A stretch of 54,418 nt of DNA. Source: an uncultured bacterium. Lineage in GTDB: Bacteria > Margulisbacteria > WOR-1 > JAKLHX01 > JBAZKV01. This document shows positions 33,956 to 42,747 of the stretch, piece after piece. The notes below the pieces were generated by a model that had not been told where the DNA came from, ran no database searches, and worked only from the letters and a program-made list of their open reading frames with translations. The translations under genes were made by a program, and so were the position numbers. Position 1 is the stretch's first letter; each line of letters begins with the position of its first letter. The stretch lies in contig CAYUCV010000006.1 in NCBI GenBank assembly GCA_964443545.1, positions 1 through 54,418 of the forward strand, written 5' to 3'.

Positions 33956-35529
33956 AAGTCCTGGTAGCGGACAAACTTGCCAAGGAAGGCGTGGAAAAGC
34001 TCAAAGCCGCAGGTCTTTCTGTCGATGTCATTACAGGCCAAACAGAAGAGCAGCTGGTCGGAATTATTGCCGCTTATGACGCGATGATCGTTCGCAGCGA
34101 GACCAAAGTAACTCCGGCTATAATCAGTGCGGCCGCAAACCTTAAGATCATTGCAAGAGCAGGGGTCGGAGTGGACAATGTCAACCTTGAGGCTGCGACA
34201 AAAAAAGGGATCGTGGTGGTAAATTCTCCGGAAGGAAATACCATAGCAGCGGCAGAGCTTTCTTTTGCGATGATGATGTCTATGGCAAGAAATATCCCCC
34301 AGGCTGTTGCGTCCTTAAAGGGCGGCAAGTGGGAAAGAGGAAAATACATGGGCAGCGAGCTCTACGACAAGGTCCTGGGCGTGGTGGGGCTTGGCAAGAT
34401 AGGGAGTCGTGTGGCCTCTTATGCCCAGGCGCTGGGAATGCGTGTGATGGCCTATGATCCCTTTGTTAACGAGGATTATGCAAAAAAACTGGGCGTGGAA
34501 GTTAAGGACCTTGACAGCGTCCTTAGCTCGTCGGATTATATCACTTTCCATATCCCAAAGACCAAAGAAACACTTAAACTTATAAACAAGGACAAATTCT
34601 CAATAATGAAGGACGGGGTCAGGATAATCAACTGCGCCAGAGGAGGCATTATCGACGAAGCAGACCTGGCGGAGGCGCTTAAGTCCGGAAAAGTCAAAGC
34701 GGCCGCGATAGATGTTTTTGAAAAGGAGCCCGCGGCAGGCAATCCGCTTGTAGAGCTCGAAAATGTGATAGCTACCCCTCACCTGGGGGCCTCGACGCTT
34801 GAGGCCCAGGTAAATGTGGCGGTCGATGTGGTGGACCAGATAATCGATGTGTTCAAGGGAGAAAGCGCAAGGGCGGCCGTCAACATCCCTTCCATGAGGC
34901 CAGATGTTATTGCTCCCGTCAAGCTGTACCTGAGGCTGGCGGAAAAGCTGGGGAAGTTCGCAGCGCAGATACTGGACGGAGCCATAGAAGAGGTCGAGAT
35001 CTCATATCTGGGAGAGCTTTTGCCACTCAATGTATCTCCTCTTACGGTCTCTGTACTAAAAGGGGCGCTTGAAGGAGCACTTGCAGAAGCCGTGAACCTT
35101 GTGAATGCGGGGGTCATAGCAAAGGACAGGGGCATAAAGATAAAAGAGATAAAGAGCCTGGAGGCCGAGGACTTTTCCAATCTTATCATGGTGAAGGTAT
35201 CATCCAAGGATAAGTCCCGCCTGGTCGCCGGCTGTGTTCAGGGTTCGTTCGGCGAAAGGCTGGTTCGCATAGACGACTTCAGGACAGATGTTGTTCCTTC
35301 GGGCTACATGATAATAACATCGCATACGGACAAACCCGGCATAATAGGTTCCATGGGGACCCTGCTCGGCGACAACAAGGTCAATATAGCTTCGATGGAT
35401 GTCGGCAGGCAGTCGGTCGGCGGAAAAGCCGTAATGGTCCTTAATATAGATAATTCGGTGTCGGATGAGCTGCTTAAAAAGATGGAAAAGATAAGCGGCA
35501 TCACAGAGGCAAGACTTGTCAAGATCTGA
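33952..35529 (+). CDS. serA: D-3-phosphoglycerate dehydrogenase (long form with ASB and ACT domains)
   Basis: MKVLVADKL..., GLGKIGSRVA, NCARGGIIDE, TPHLGAST. The C-terminal ACT-like segment is ITSHTDKPGIIGSMGTLLGDNKVNIASM. Confidence 0.93.
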   Translation: MKVLVADKLAKEGVEKLKAAGLSVDVITGQTEEQLVGIIAAYDAMIVRSETKVTPAIISAAANLKIIARAGVGVDNVNLEAATKKGIVVVNSPEGNTIAAAELSFAMMMSMARNIPQAVASLKGGKWERGKYMGSELYDKVLGVVGLGKIGSRVASYAQALGMRVMAYDPFVNEDYAKKLGVEVKDLDSVLSSSDYITFHIPKTKETLKLINKDKFSIMKDGVRIINCARGGIIDEADLAEALKSGKVKAAAIDVFEKEPAAGNPLVELENVIATPHLGASTLEAQVNVAVDVVDQIIDVFKGESARAAVNIPSMRPDVIAPVKLYLRLAEKLGKFAAQILDGAIEEVEISYLGELLPLNVSPLTVSVLKGALEGALAEAVNLVNAGVIAKDRGIKIKEIKSLEAEDFSNLIMVKVSSKDKSRLVAGCVQGSFGERLVRIDDFRTDVVPSGYMIITSHTDKPGIIGSMGTLLGDNKVNIASMDVGRQSVGGKAVMVLNIDNSVSDELLKKMEKISGITEARLVKI

Positions 35530-35531
35530 CA

Positions 35532-36872
35532 ATGCCAAAACCAAAACATACCGTCCTGGCTGTTGATGACGAAAAGGACATTCTTGAGACCCTTAAAGCG
35601 GTCCTAAAGCCTTTCTACGATATTATCCTTTGTTCCGACCCCAAGGACGCCTTCTTAAAACTCAAGAATAACAGCGTTGACATAATTCTCCTAGACATAA
35701 AAATGCCCGGATGCGACGGCATAACGCTGCTCAAAAAGATCAAGGAAAGCCCGCAGGGCTCCGAAGCGGAGGTCATAATGCTTACCGCTGTAGGGGATCC
35801 TAGGACCGCGGTCCAGGCAGTTAAGGCCGGGGCCTACGATTATCTGTGCAAACCTTTTGAAGTGGAAGAATTAAGAGCGGCAATAGAAAAGGCCCTTGAG
35901 CGGAAAAGTCTCCTGGCCGAGAACAAAGCGCTTAAAAGCATGCAAAAGGAAGGTTTTGAGAACTTCATCGCCTCTTCCCCCCGGATGCTTGAGCTGCTCG
36001 ATAAAGTAAGCGACATAGCCTCAAGCGATGCCAGTGTTGTCATAACAGGGGAAACAGGCACGGGCAAAGAACTTCTGGCAAGGGCGATACACTGCAAAAG
36101 CCGCAGGGCAAAAAAGCCGTTCTTTGCGGTAAACTGCGCGGCTGTCCCGGAAAACCTTTTTGAGAGCGAATTTTTCGGCTACGAAAAAGGGGCCTTTACC
36201 GGGGCTTTTGAGCGACACGCGGGTAAATTTGAAGCCGCGGACAAAAGCACTCTTTTTCTTGACGAAATAACCTGTCTGCCTCTTTCTATGCAGGCAAAAT
36301 TACTAAGGGTCCTGCAGGAGGGCGAGGTCCAGCGCCTGGGTTCTTCCTCGCAAGTGCCGGTGGACGTCAGGATCATCTGCGCCTCTAACATAGACCTTAA
36401 GGAGGCGGTCGGGAAAGGGCAGTTCCGTCAGGACCTCTTTTTCCGCCTAAATGTGGTCCCCATAAGACTCCCTAGCCTGAGCGAAAGGGAAGGAGACCTG
36501 GATCTGTTCCTGGAGCACTTTCTTGCAAAATACAACAGGAAGTTCAGCAAAAAAGTAGCAGGCTTCAGCGAAGAAGCCCTTAGAAAATTGAAAGCCTACC
36601 GGTGGCCGGGGAATGTGAGAGAGCTGGACAACGCGGTGGCGAGGCTTGTTCTTATGTGCAGGGGCCCTGTTATATCGGAGGCTGATTTTTTGCCTGATTA
36701 TCAGCATACCGATGGTATAATAGGCTTGCCTCTGCGCCAGGCCTGCGATAAGTTCGAAAAAGAGTATATAGAAAGAGCTCTTGAAGAGGCTAAGGGCAAC
36801 CAGTCCAGTGCGGCAAGGATGCTGCAGATAGACAGGTCCACTCTGGTCTCAAAATTGAAAAAACTGACATGA
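35532..36872 (+). CDS. sigma-54-dependent response regulator (NtrC family: REC + AAA+ + Fis-type HTH)
   Basis: REC (VLAVDDE...LLDIKMPGCDG), Walker A GETGTGKE, GAFTGA motif, C-terminal HTH SSAARMLQIDRSTLVSKLKK. The start is 2 nt after the serA stop. Confidence 0.92.
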   Translation: MPKPKHTVLAVDDEKDILETLKAVLKPFYDIILCSDPKDAFLKLKNNSVDIILLDIKMPGCDGITLLKKIKESPQGSEAEVIMLTAVGDPRTAVQAVKAGAYDYLCKPFEVEELRAAIEKALERKSLLAENKALKSMQKEGFENFIASSPRMLELLDKVSDIASSDASVVITGETGTGKELLARAIHCKSRRAKKPFFAVNCAAVPENLFESEFFGYEKGAFTGAFERHAGKFEAADKSTLFLDEITCLPLSMQAKLLRVLQEGEVQRLGSSSQVPVDVRIICASNIDLKEAVGKGQFRQDLFFRLNVVPIRLPSLSEREGDLDLFLEHFLAKYNRKFSKKVAGFSEEALRKLKAYRWPGNVRELDNAVARLVLMCRGPVISEADFLPDYQHTDGIIGLPLRQACDKFEKEYIERALEEAKGNQSSAARMLQIDRSTLVSKLKKLT

Positions 36873-38104
36873 ACAACGAGATCCTTATACTTATACTGCT
36901 GGTGCTTTCCAGCGTGATACTGGGCGCGTTCTTGTACACTCAAAAAAAGAAAAGGAGCCTCAAGGCATTCCTCGGCCGCAGCATCGTATATACTATCCTC
37001 GCCGGTTTGATATCCGGGCTCTATTTTGGGTTTTTGCTGTTCGTTGCAAGGTTCTTTCAGGGAGTGAGCGGCAATTATTCGCTGGCCATAGGTTTCCTGT
37101 TCTTTATCTTCTTTGCCGTGGTATTCGAACCTCTGCGCGACAGGCTCCAGAAGTGGGTCGACCAGATCTTTTTTAAGACAAGGTTCAATTACGAAAAGAC
37201 CTTAAAGGATACCAGCGAGGCTATGTCCCTTCTTACCGATACCGACCGCCTTATTAAGCTCACCGCGCGGCTGGTGGCAAGAAGAATGAAGCTGACCTCA
37301 GCGGCCCTTTTCCTCTACGATGAAAAAAAGGACAGGTATGTTGTAAGGGGGGCCGAAGGCCTGGTAAAGGACCTCTCGGGTGTTACGATGACCTCCAACT
37401 ATCCCGTTATCGAGGCTCTTGAAGAATCAAAAGACATATTGATCAGGGGGCTGATAGAAAAGAGATCAAAGGATGTTTTCTTGACGGAACAAGAGAGAAA
37501 AAAATACGGGGAGATTTTGAAGGATTTTGACAGCCTTGATTCTGTTCTTTTTATTCCCAGCATGCTAAAGAACAAACTGGTGGGTTTTTTGTCCATGGGG
37601 GCCAAGCTCTCGGGCGAGGATTTCAGCGAAGAGGATATAAACTTTTTAACGACCCTGGCCAACCAGAGCGCCATCTATGTGGAAAATTCCAACCTCCTGG
37701 AAAGGGAAAAAGAGAGCGCTAAAAAGATAGCGGAGGCACAGGTAAAAGAAAGATACGCGGCCGTGCTGGAAAAGACAAATAAAGAGCTGATGGAGACCAG
37801 AGAGGAGCTGGTAAAGGCAGAGAGGCTTTCCACAATGGCAAAGCTTACCGTGAGCCTTCAGCATGAGATAAACAATCCTCTGACATCGGTGCTTGCTCAA
37901 ACCCAGGCGCTGCAGTTAAAACTGTCTTCTAATACCCCTCCGGACGCCGAGTTCGTTAAAGAAAAGCTCGGAACTGTTGAAAGGGAAGCAAGAAGGATAA
38001 GGGACCTGCTAAGGAACCTTGCGCACATAACCGAGCCCGTGACACGGGAATACACTCCCGGCATAGAAATGATAGACATAAAAGCTTCTCCAAAATCAGA
38101 ATGA
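36869..38104 (+). CDS. membrane GAF sensor with HisKA/DHp domain but no catalytic ATPase domain
   Basis: N-terminal TM helices, juxtamembrane FEPLRDRLQKWVDQIFF, GAF-like region, coiled coil, H-box LQHEINNPLTSV and a second DHp helix. It then stops. No N/G1/F/G2 boxes. ATGA overlaps at both ends. Confidence 0.75.
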   Translation: MNNEILILILLVLSSVILGAFLYTQKKKRSLKAFLGRSIVYTILAGLISGLYFGFLLFVARFFQGVSGNYSLAIGFLFFIFFAVVFEPLRDRLQKWVDQIFFKTRFNYEKTLKDTSEAMSLLTDTDRLIKLTARLVARRMKLTSAALFLYDEKKDRYVVRGAEGLVKDLSGVTMTSNYPVIEALEESKDILIRGLIEKRSKDVFLTEQERKKYGEILKDFDSLDSVLFIPSMLKNKLVGFLSMGAKLSGEDFSEEDINFLTTLANQSAIYVENSNLLEREKESAKKIAEAQVKERYAAVLEKTNKELMETREELVKAERLSTMAKLTVSLQHEINNPLTSVLAQTQALQLKLSSNTPPDAEFVKEKLGTVEREARRIRDLLRNLAHITEPVTREYTPGIEMIDIKASPKSE

Positions 38105-40140
38105 TCCTGTATACCGCTTCCCTGGCATTCACCTGTTTTGTTATTTTTTGTGTTGCCGCTTTCACCTTTGCCTTTGCTCCGCGGACCAGAACAGCGGTCC
38201 TGCTTTCGGTCTTTAATCTTGTCGTGGGAGCATGGTGTTTCTTTCAGCTTATGGGGGAATTTTCCATGTCTTACGGCCAGGTCCTGTTCTGGACAAAAGC
38301 CAATCTTGCTTCTGCCGTTCTTATTCCTCTGTTTTTCTACGCTTTCATAATATCCTTTACAGGCGGACCCCTCATGGGTAGAACTCACATCTTTATCTTT
38401 CTTGCCTGTGCCCTTGCCCTTATTGCCTCTCTCAAAGACGGGCTTTTTGTCAGCGGCCTGGGTACGACCTCTTTTTTCAAGTACTACCCCAAAGCCGGTC
38501 CGGTGTACTATATTTTTGCTGCGTACTTTGCCGGTTTTGTTGCCGCAGGATTCTACAGGCTTGCCGGTTTTTACAGCAGCAGCGCGGGAGCAAGAAGGAA
38601 CCAGGCTGCCTATATACTGGCGGCATCGGCGGTCGGTTTTGTTTCCGGCTCAACACAGTTCTTTCCGGCGTTCGGTCTTGATGTTTTTCCTGCAGGCATG
38701 TTCATTTTTCCTGTTTACGCGTTGCTTGCCGCCTATGCGGTCATTTCCAGGCGCCTGTTCGATATTAAGATCGCGATAAGGAAAAGCCTGGTCTATTCTT
38801 CGATCCTGCTGGTCTTTTCGTTGATCTACGCTTTAATGCTGCTTTTGTCGGTGGGTATTTTGGAAAACCTTGCAGGGCTTAATTATTTTTTGTCCGCCTC
38901 TTTCAGTGTGGCCGTTTTTGTTCTGCTGTTCGATCCCTTAAGGCGCAGCATACAGAAAACAGTTGACGGGGCATTTTTCAGGGATTCCTATGCGGCAGGG
39001 GAGGTTGGCAAGGCGTTTTCTAGAAGCCTGGTCCTGTCCATGAGTGCCAGGGACCTTAAACAGATGGCTCTTAATGAGATTTCCTCCACCTGGAAGATAA
39101 GAGACATTCTTTTTGCAGATGGACAGAGGAGAAGTAGCGGTTTTGAATTCAAAACGGAATTCAAGAACGGTTTTGAAGGCATTAAAGAAAGCCTCTGCCT
39201 TTCTTTTTCGGCAGTTTCCGGTAATAGTATTGTTGCGGAAGAAGAGCTGGCAGGCTCTCTGCCGGAGGATCTTTTGAAGGCGGGAGTGTCCCTGATCTTT
39301 TTTGTCAAAACAGGCAAAGAGGTGTCCGGCCTTTTGGCAGTCGGAGAAAAGCCCGGCCGCGGCATGTGGAACAGGGAGGATTTGGAGGTGTTCGAAACTA
39401 TCTGTGCTCTTATCGGTGCCGCGGAAGAAAGGGACCTTCTGCACAAAAAAGAGCTCAGGACATCGCAAAAGATAATGGAAAGCGAGAAGTTCGCGGCCAT
39501 AGGAGCGCTTGCGGCTTCGGCAGCCCATGAGATCAAGAACCCTCTCACTTCATTAAAAGGCATGATATCGGTGCTTTCCGAAAATCAAAAAGATCCTGAT
39601 TTTATAAGGACTTTCAACGAGATCTCTATCAGACAACTGGACAGGATAAATTCGGCGGTAAACAGACTTCTGTCCATAAGAGGCAGCGATCAAAATGCAG
39701 TTTTAGGGAGGCCCGAGACCGAGGAGCTGGATGCGGCGGACCTGATGAGCGAGGTTGTTGCGCCGCTTAATGAATATTGCAGGAGACGCAGCATTGAAGT
39801 TGATCTCGATATCAAGGAGCGCGGCCTAAAACTATGCGGCAGCAGGAAAGAGCTGTCAGAAGCATTTTTCAATATGATAATGAATTCGATCGAAGCGATG
39901 CCGAGCGGAGGACGCATTAGGCTATCGGTGTCCGTTGGCAGGGTGGTAATAGAGGACTCCGGTAATGGCATGGACAGCGGCACACTTGAAAGAATATTTG
40001 AGCCGTTCTTTACCACAAAAAACGGCGGGGCCGGCATCGGCCTCTATGCCGCAGCAAAGACAATAAACGCCGCGGGAGGCAGGATAAATGTCACAAGCGC
40101 TCCCGGGAAAGGGTCGACATTTGTCATCGACTTCTCCTGA
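38101..40140 (+). CDS. multi-pass membrane sensor histidine kinase (full DHp + HATPase)
   Basis: About 7 TM helices, FDPLRRSIQKTVDGAFF, H-box AAHEIKNPLTSL, N box FFNMIMNSIEAM, G1 IEDSGNGM, F box FEPFFTTK, G2 GGAGIGL. Confidence 0.9.
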   Translation: MILYTASLAFTCFVIFCVAAFTFAFAPRTRTAVLLSVFNLVVGAWCFFQLMGEFSMSYGQVLFWTKANLASAVLIPLFFYAFIISFTGGPLMGRTHIFIFLACALALIASLKDGLFVSGLGTTSFFKYYPKAGPVYYIFAAYFAGFVAAGFYRLAGFYSSSAGARRNQAAYILAASAVGFVSGSTQFFPAFGLDVFPAGMFIFPVYALLAAYAVISRRLFDIKIAIRKSLVYSSILLVFSLIYALMLLLSVGILENLAGLNYFLSASFSVAVFVLLFDPLRRSIQKTVDGAFFRDSYAAGEVGKAFSRSLVLSMSARDLKQMALNEISSTWKIRDILFADGQRRSSGFEFKTEFKNGFEGIKESLCLSFSAVSGNSIVAEEELAGSLPEDLLKAGVSLIFFVKTGKEVSGLLAVGEKPGRGMWNREDLEVFETICALIGAAEERDLLHKKELRTSQKIMESEKFAAIGALAASAAHEIKNPLTSLKGMISVLSENQKDPDFIRTFNEISIRQLDRINSAVNRLLSIRGSDQNAVLGRPETEELDAADLMSEVVAPLNEYCRRRSIEVDLDIKERGLKLCGSRKELSEAFFNMIMNSIEAMPSGGRIRLSVSVGRVVIEDSGNGMDSGTLERIFEPFFTTKNGGAGIGLYAAAKTINAAGGRINVTSAPGKGSTFVIDFS

Positions 40141-40149
40141 TAGTATAAT
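40121..40149 (+). promoter_or_regulatory. sigma70 promoter TTGTCA-17 nt-TATAAT
   Basis: TTGTCA at 40121-40126, a 17-nt spacer, TATAAT at 40144-40149. The ATG at 40162 is only 12 nt beyond the -10 and has no SD. Confidence 0.55.
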
Positions 40150-40161
40150 GGGCGTTGCGAT

Positions 40162-40446
40162 ATGCTGAAAAAGACCTTAGCGGCTGCAGTTATTGTCCTG
40201 GCGGTTTTCATAGCCGCCATAGTAGCCATTGCACACGAAATACGGCAGGGTGCCGGCTATACAAAAATGGACCTTCCCGTCAAAAGATTCCTGGCCCTGC
40301 CCAGCGAAGAGGCCAAGTCCGTCTACGATTTTCCCGTCAACATAAGGATAACCGGCAGGACAGAGGACAGAAAGTGGTACAAGATCAAACTCTCTTATAA
40401 TTTTATCGGCTATTTTGAATATGAGGGCTGGGTAAAGGTCGAATAA
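40162..40446 (+). CDS. small N-terminally anchored protein, possibly SH3b-like
   Basis: A signal/anchor helix (LAAAVIVLAVFIAAIVAIA) followed by a ~60-aa segment with WYKIK...YEGWVKV. The fold assignment is tentative. Confidence 0.55.
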   Translation: MLKKTLAAAVIVLAVFIAAIVAIAHEIRQGAGYTKMDLPVKRFLALPSEEAKSVYDFPVNIRITGRTEDRKWYKIKLSYNFIGYFEYEGWVKVE

Positions 40447-40457
40447 GGGTCCGGTTT

Positions 40458-40847
40458 TTAAGCGGCTTTTTTGGATTTTGAAAGTATTTCTTCTACTCTT
40501 TTCTTAAATTCCGAGATGTTAAATGGTTTTGTGATGTAATCCTCGGCACCTGACCTTAGCCCCTCAAGGATCTCTTTATCGTCGTCCCTTCCCGTAAGGA
40601 ACACTATTGGAATACCGGAGATCCCCTTGGTGTCGCGGATCTTTTTGCATGCCTCTATCCCGTCCATTACAGGCATGTTCCTGTCCAGAATAATGAGATC
40701 GGGCTTTTGCTCAAGCGCCTTTTCGCATGCCTCGAGGCCGTTCTTTGCCGTTATGACCTCATAACCGGCATCCGACAGGACCGCTCCTGCCATGCTAGTG
40801 ATGTTAACCTCGTCATCGGCCATAAGGACCCTGATCCTGCTGTTCAT
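40458..40847 (-). CDS. stand-alone response regulator receiver (CheY-like)
   Basis: MNSRIRVLMADDE...LIILDRNMPVMDG...FLTGRDD...DYITKPF. The internal ATG is preferred over the track start at 40883. Confidence 0.88.
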   Translation of the reverse strand: MNSRIRVLMADDEVNITSMAGAVLSDAGYEVITAKNGLEACEKALEQKPDLIILDRNMPVMDGIEACKKIRDTKGISGIPIVFLTGRDDDKEILEGLRSGAEDYITKPFNISEFKKRVEEILSKSKKAA

Positions 40848-40933
40848 AAAGCAAAAATAGCATACCAAAAGCCTCAGAGTCAAGGCAAGTTTGACTAGGA
40901 CAAGTAAGCTGTGTTAAAGTTTAGCTATCAATA

Positions 40934-41545
40934 ATGCCTCTATACAAAGTCGAAGCCATAAACCTAAAATCCTCAAAATTCGGCGAAGCCGATAAGCTCA
41001 TTACCCTTTTTACCAGGACAAAAGGAAAACTAAAAGCTGTTGCCAGGTCGGCCTGCAAGGCTGCAAGCACTTTTGGGGGCAGGCTTGAGCCGCTGGCCTA
41101 TAACAGCCTTCTCCTGGCAAAGGGAAGGAATCTTGACATCTTAAGCCAGGCCCAGACAGTGGAATCATTTCATGCCATAAGGGAAAAGGAAAAGCCTCTC
41201 AAGGCCGGCCTTTACATGGCCAAGCTCATAGATTCTTATCTTGATGAAGGAATGATAGAGCCGGACCTGTTCCTTCTACTTCTGGAGAGCCTCAGAAGCC
41301 TTAAAAGCGGGGTCATGCCTCAGCTGGTTACCAGGATATTTGACATCAGGTTCGCCGATATAGAAGGCTTTTTGCCGTTCGATCAATTTGTCGGAGAGGC
41401 CAGGGATTTTGTCGGCGGCGCAATAAGCGGGAAGATATCTACGGCAGGCGTTTCAAAGATGAGCATACGCGAAGTTGACCGGGTGCTTATGCCGTGCCTG
41501 TGCGATCATCTGGGAAAGGACATACGGATTTGGAAAAGCCAGTGA
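40934..41545 (+). CDS. recO: DNA repair protein RecO
   Basis: The N-terminal OB-fold pattern EAINLKSSKFGEADKLITLFTRTKGKLKAVARSA...RLEPL is typical of RecO. Confidence 0.8.
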   Translation: MPLYKVEAINLKSSKFGEADKLITLFTRTKGKLKAVARSACKAASTFGGRLEPLAYNSLLLAKGRNLDILSQAQTVESFHAIREKEKPLKAGLYMAKLIDSYLDEGMIEPDLFLLLLESLRSLKSGVMPQLVTRIFDIRFADIEGFLPFDQFVGEARDFVGGAISGKISTAGVSKMSIREVDRVLMPCLCDHLGKDIRIWKSQ

Positions 41546-42747
41546 TACCCGCAAGGTTTTCGGCCGTCATCAAGAACAGGAACTTCATGTTCCTGTGGAT
41601 GGGACAGCTTTTGAGCCAGCTTGCCGACAGGATATTCATATATGTTTTGGTGATAGAGGCTTATAACCTTACCCGGACCAATCTCGGGGTATCGGTGCCT
41701 ATGCTTTCTTTCGGCATACCTTCGGTCCTGTTCGCTTCCTTTGCAGGGGTCTATGTGGACCGGTGGAACAAAAAGACCACAATAGTAGTCTCGGACCTGC
41801 TCAGAGGCGCCTTCATTCTGCTGGTCATTTTTTTTCTGCAGGGGTCTCTACTGTGGCTTTTTCTGATAAGCTTTCTGATATACAGCATCTCTCAATTCTT
41901 TGCCCCGGCAGAGGCCTCCTGCCTTGCTGAGATAGTGGAAAAAGAAAACCTGATAGTCGCCAATTCTTTTTTCATGACCACCTGGATGTGGAGCAGCGTC
42001 ATTGGTTTTGCGGCGGGCGCCCCTCTGGTCCTTCTGATGGGGGGAAAGGGCACATTTGGCCTTGCATCGGCGCTTTACCTGCTATCTGCGCTGTCGGTAT
42101 TCATGGTCAGTCTCAGGATAAACGGCAGAAAGAGTTCAGCCACAATAAAATCTGTCAAACAGGACCTGCTGATGGGGTTTGAGTTTATCAGAAGGAACGC
42201 TGTTGTCAGGTATTCGCTGATAAAGATGATGATAATAACATGCGGCCTTGCGGTCATCAGCATGCTTGCTATAGAATTTGCGGAAAAGTACATAGGGATA
42301 GGCGCCAGGAACTTCGGCTACCTTGTCCTTCTGGCGGGAGGCGGGATGCTTGCCGGGATGCTGGCGCTCGGCAGGCTGGGTCACTATTTCAGGAAAAGCT
42401 CTATAGTTTTTTCCGGGTTTATCGTTTCCGGACTGACCCTGACGGTGCTTTCCCAGACCAGGAACCTTCCGATCGCCCTGGCGCTTTGCTTTGTTCTTGG
42501 GTTCGGCAACATCATAATTAATGCCACTATCCAGACCATCCTACAGCATAAGACCCCAAGATCGCTGCGGGGCAGGGTGTTTGGCATACAGAACATGATG
42601 ATAAACTTTGCGTTCACCATACCCGTGGTCATCTTTGGCGCTATTGCCGATTCTTTCGGGCTTTCTTCGGCCATTCTGCTTCTTGGGCTTATGATACTGC
42701 TTTCCGGGCTTATGACCGTGGCCGTGCCTAAATTTAGAACGGCATGA
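41542..42747 (+). CDS. MFS transporter
   Basis: About 12 TM helices. The N-terminus NRNFMFLWMGQLLSQLADR is typical of MFS. The proposed start is GTG 41542 (GTGA overlap with the recO stop). The track start at 41494 lies inside recO. Confidence 0.8.
   Translation: MIPARFSAVIKNRNFMFLWMGQLLSQLADRIFIYVLVIEAYNLTRTNLGVSVPMLSFGIPSVLFASFAGVYVDRWNKKTTIVVSDLLRGAFILLVIFFLQGSLLWLFLISFLIYSISQFFAPAEASCLAEIVEKENLIVANSFFMTTWMWSSVIGFAAGAPLVLLMGGKGTFGLASALYLLSALSVFMVSLRINGRKSSATIKSVKQDLLMGFEFIRRNAVVRYSLIKMMIITCGLAVISMLAIEFAEKYIGIGARNFGYLVLLAGGGMLAGMLALGRLGHYFRKSSIVFSGFIVSGLTLTVLSQTRNLPIALALCFVLGFGNIIINATIQTILQHKTPRSLRGRVFGIQNMMINFAFTIPVVIFGAIADSFGLSSAILLLGLMILLSGLMTVAVPKFRTA

Noticed and set aside
40155-40400. 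81-aa Arg/Gly/Gln-rich ORF overlapping the small anchored protein in another frame
   Set aside because: The 40162-40446 frame gives a sensible signal-anchor plus globular segment and sits correctly behind the promoter. The alternate frame is compositionally odd.
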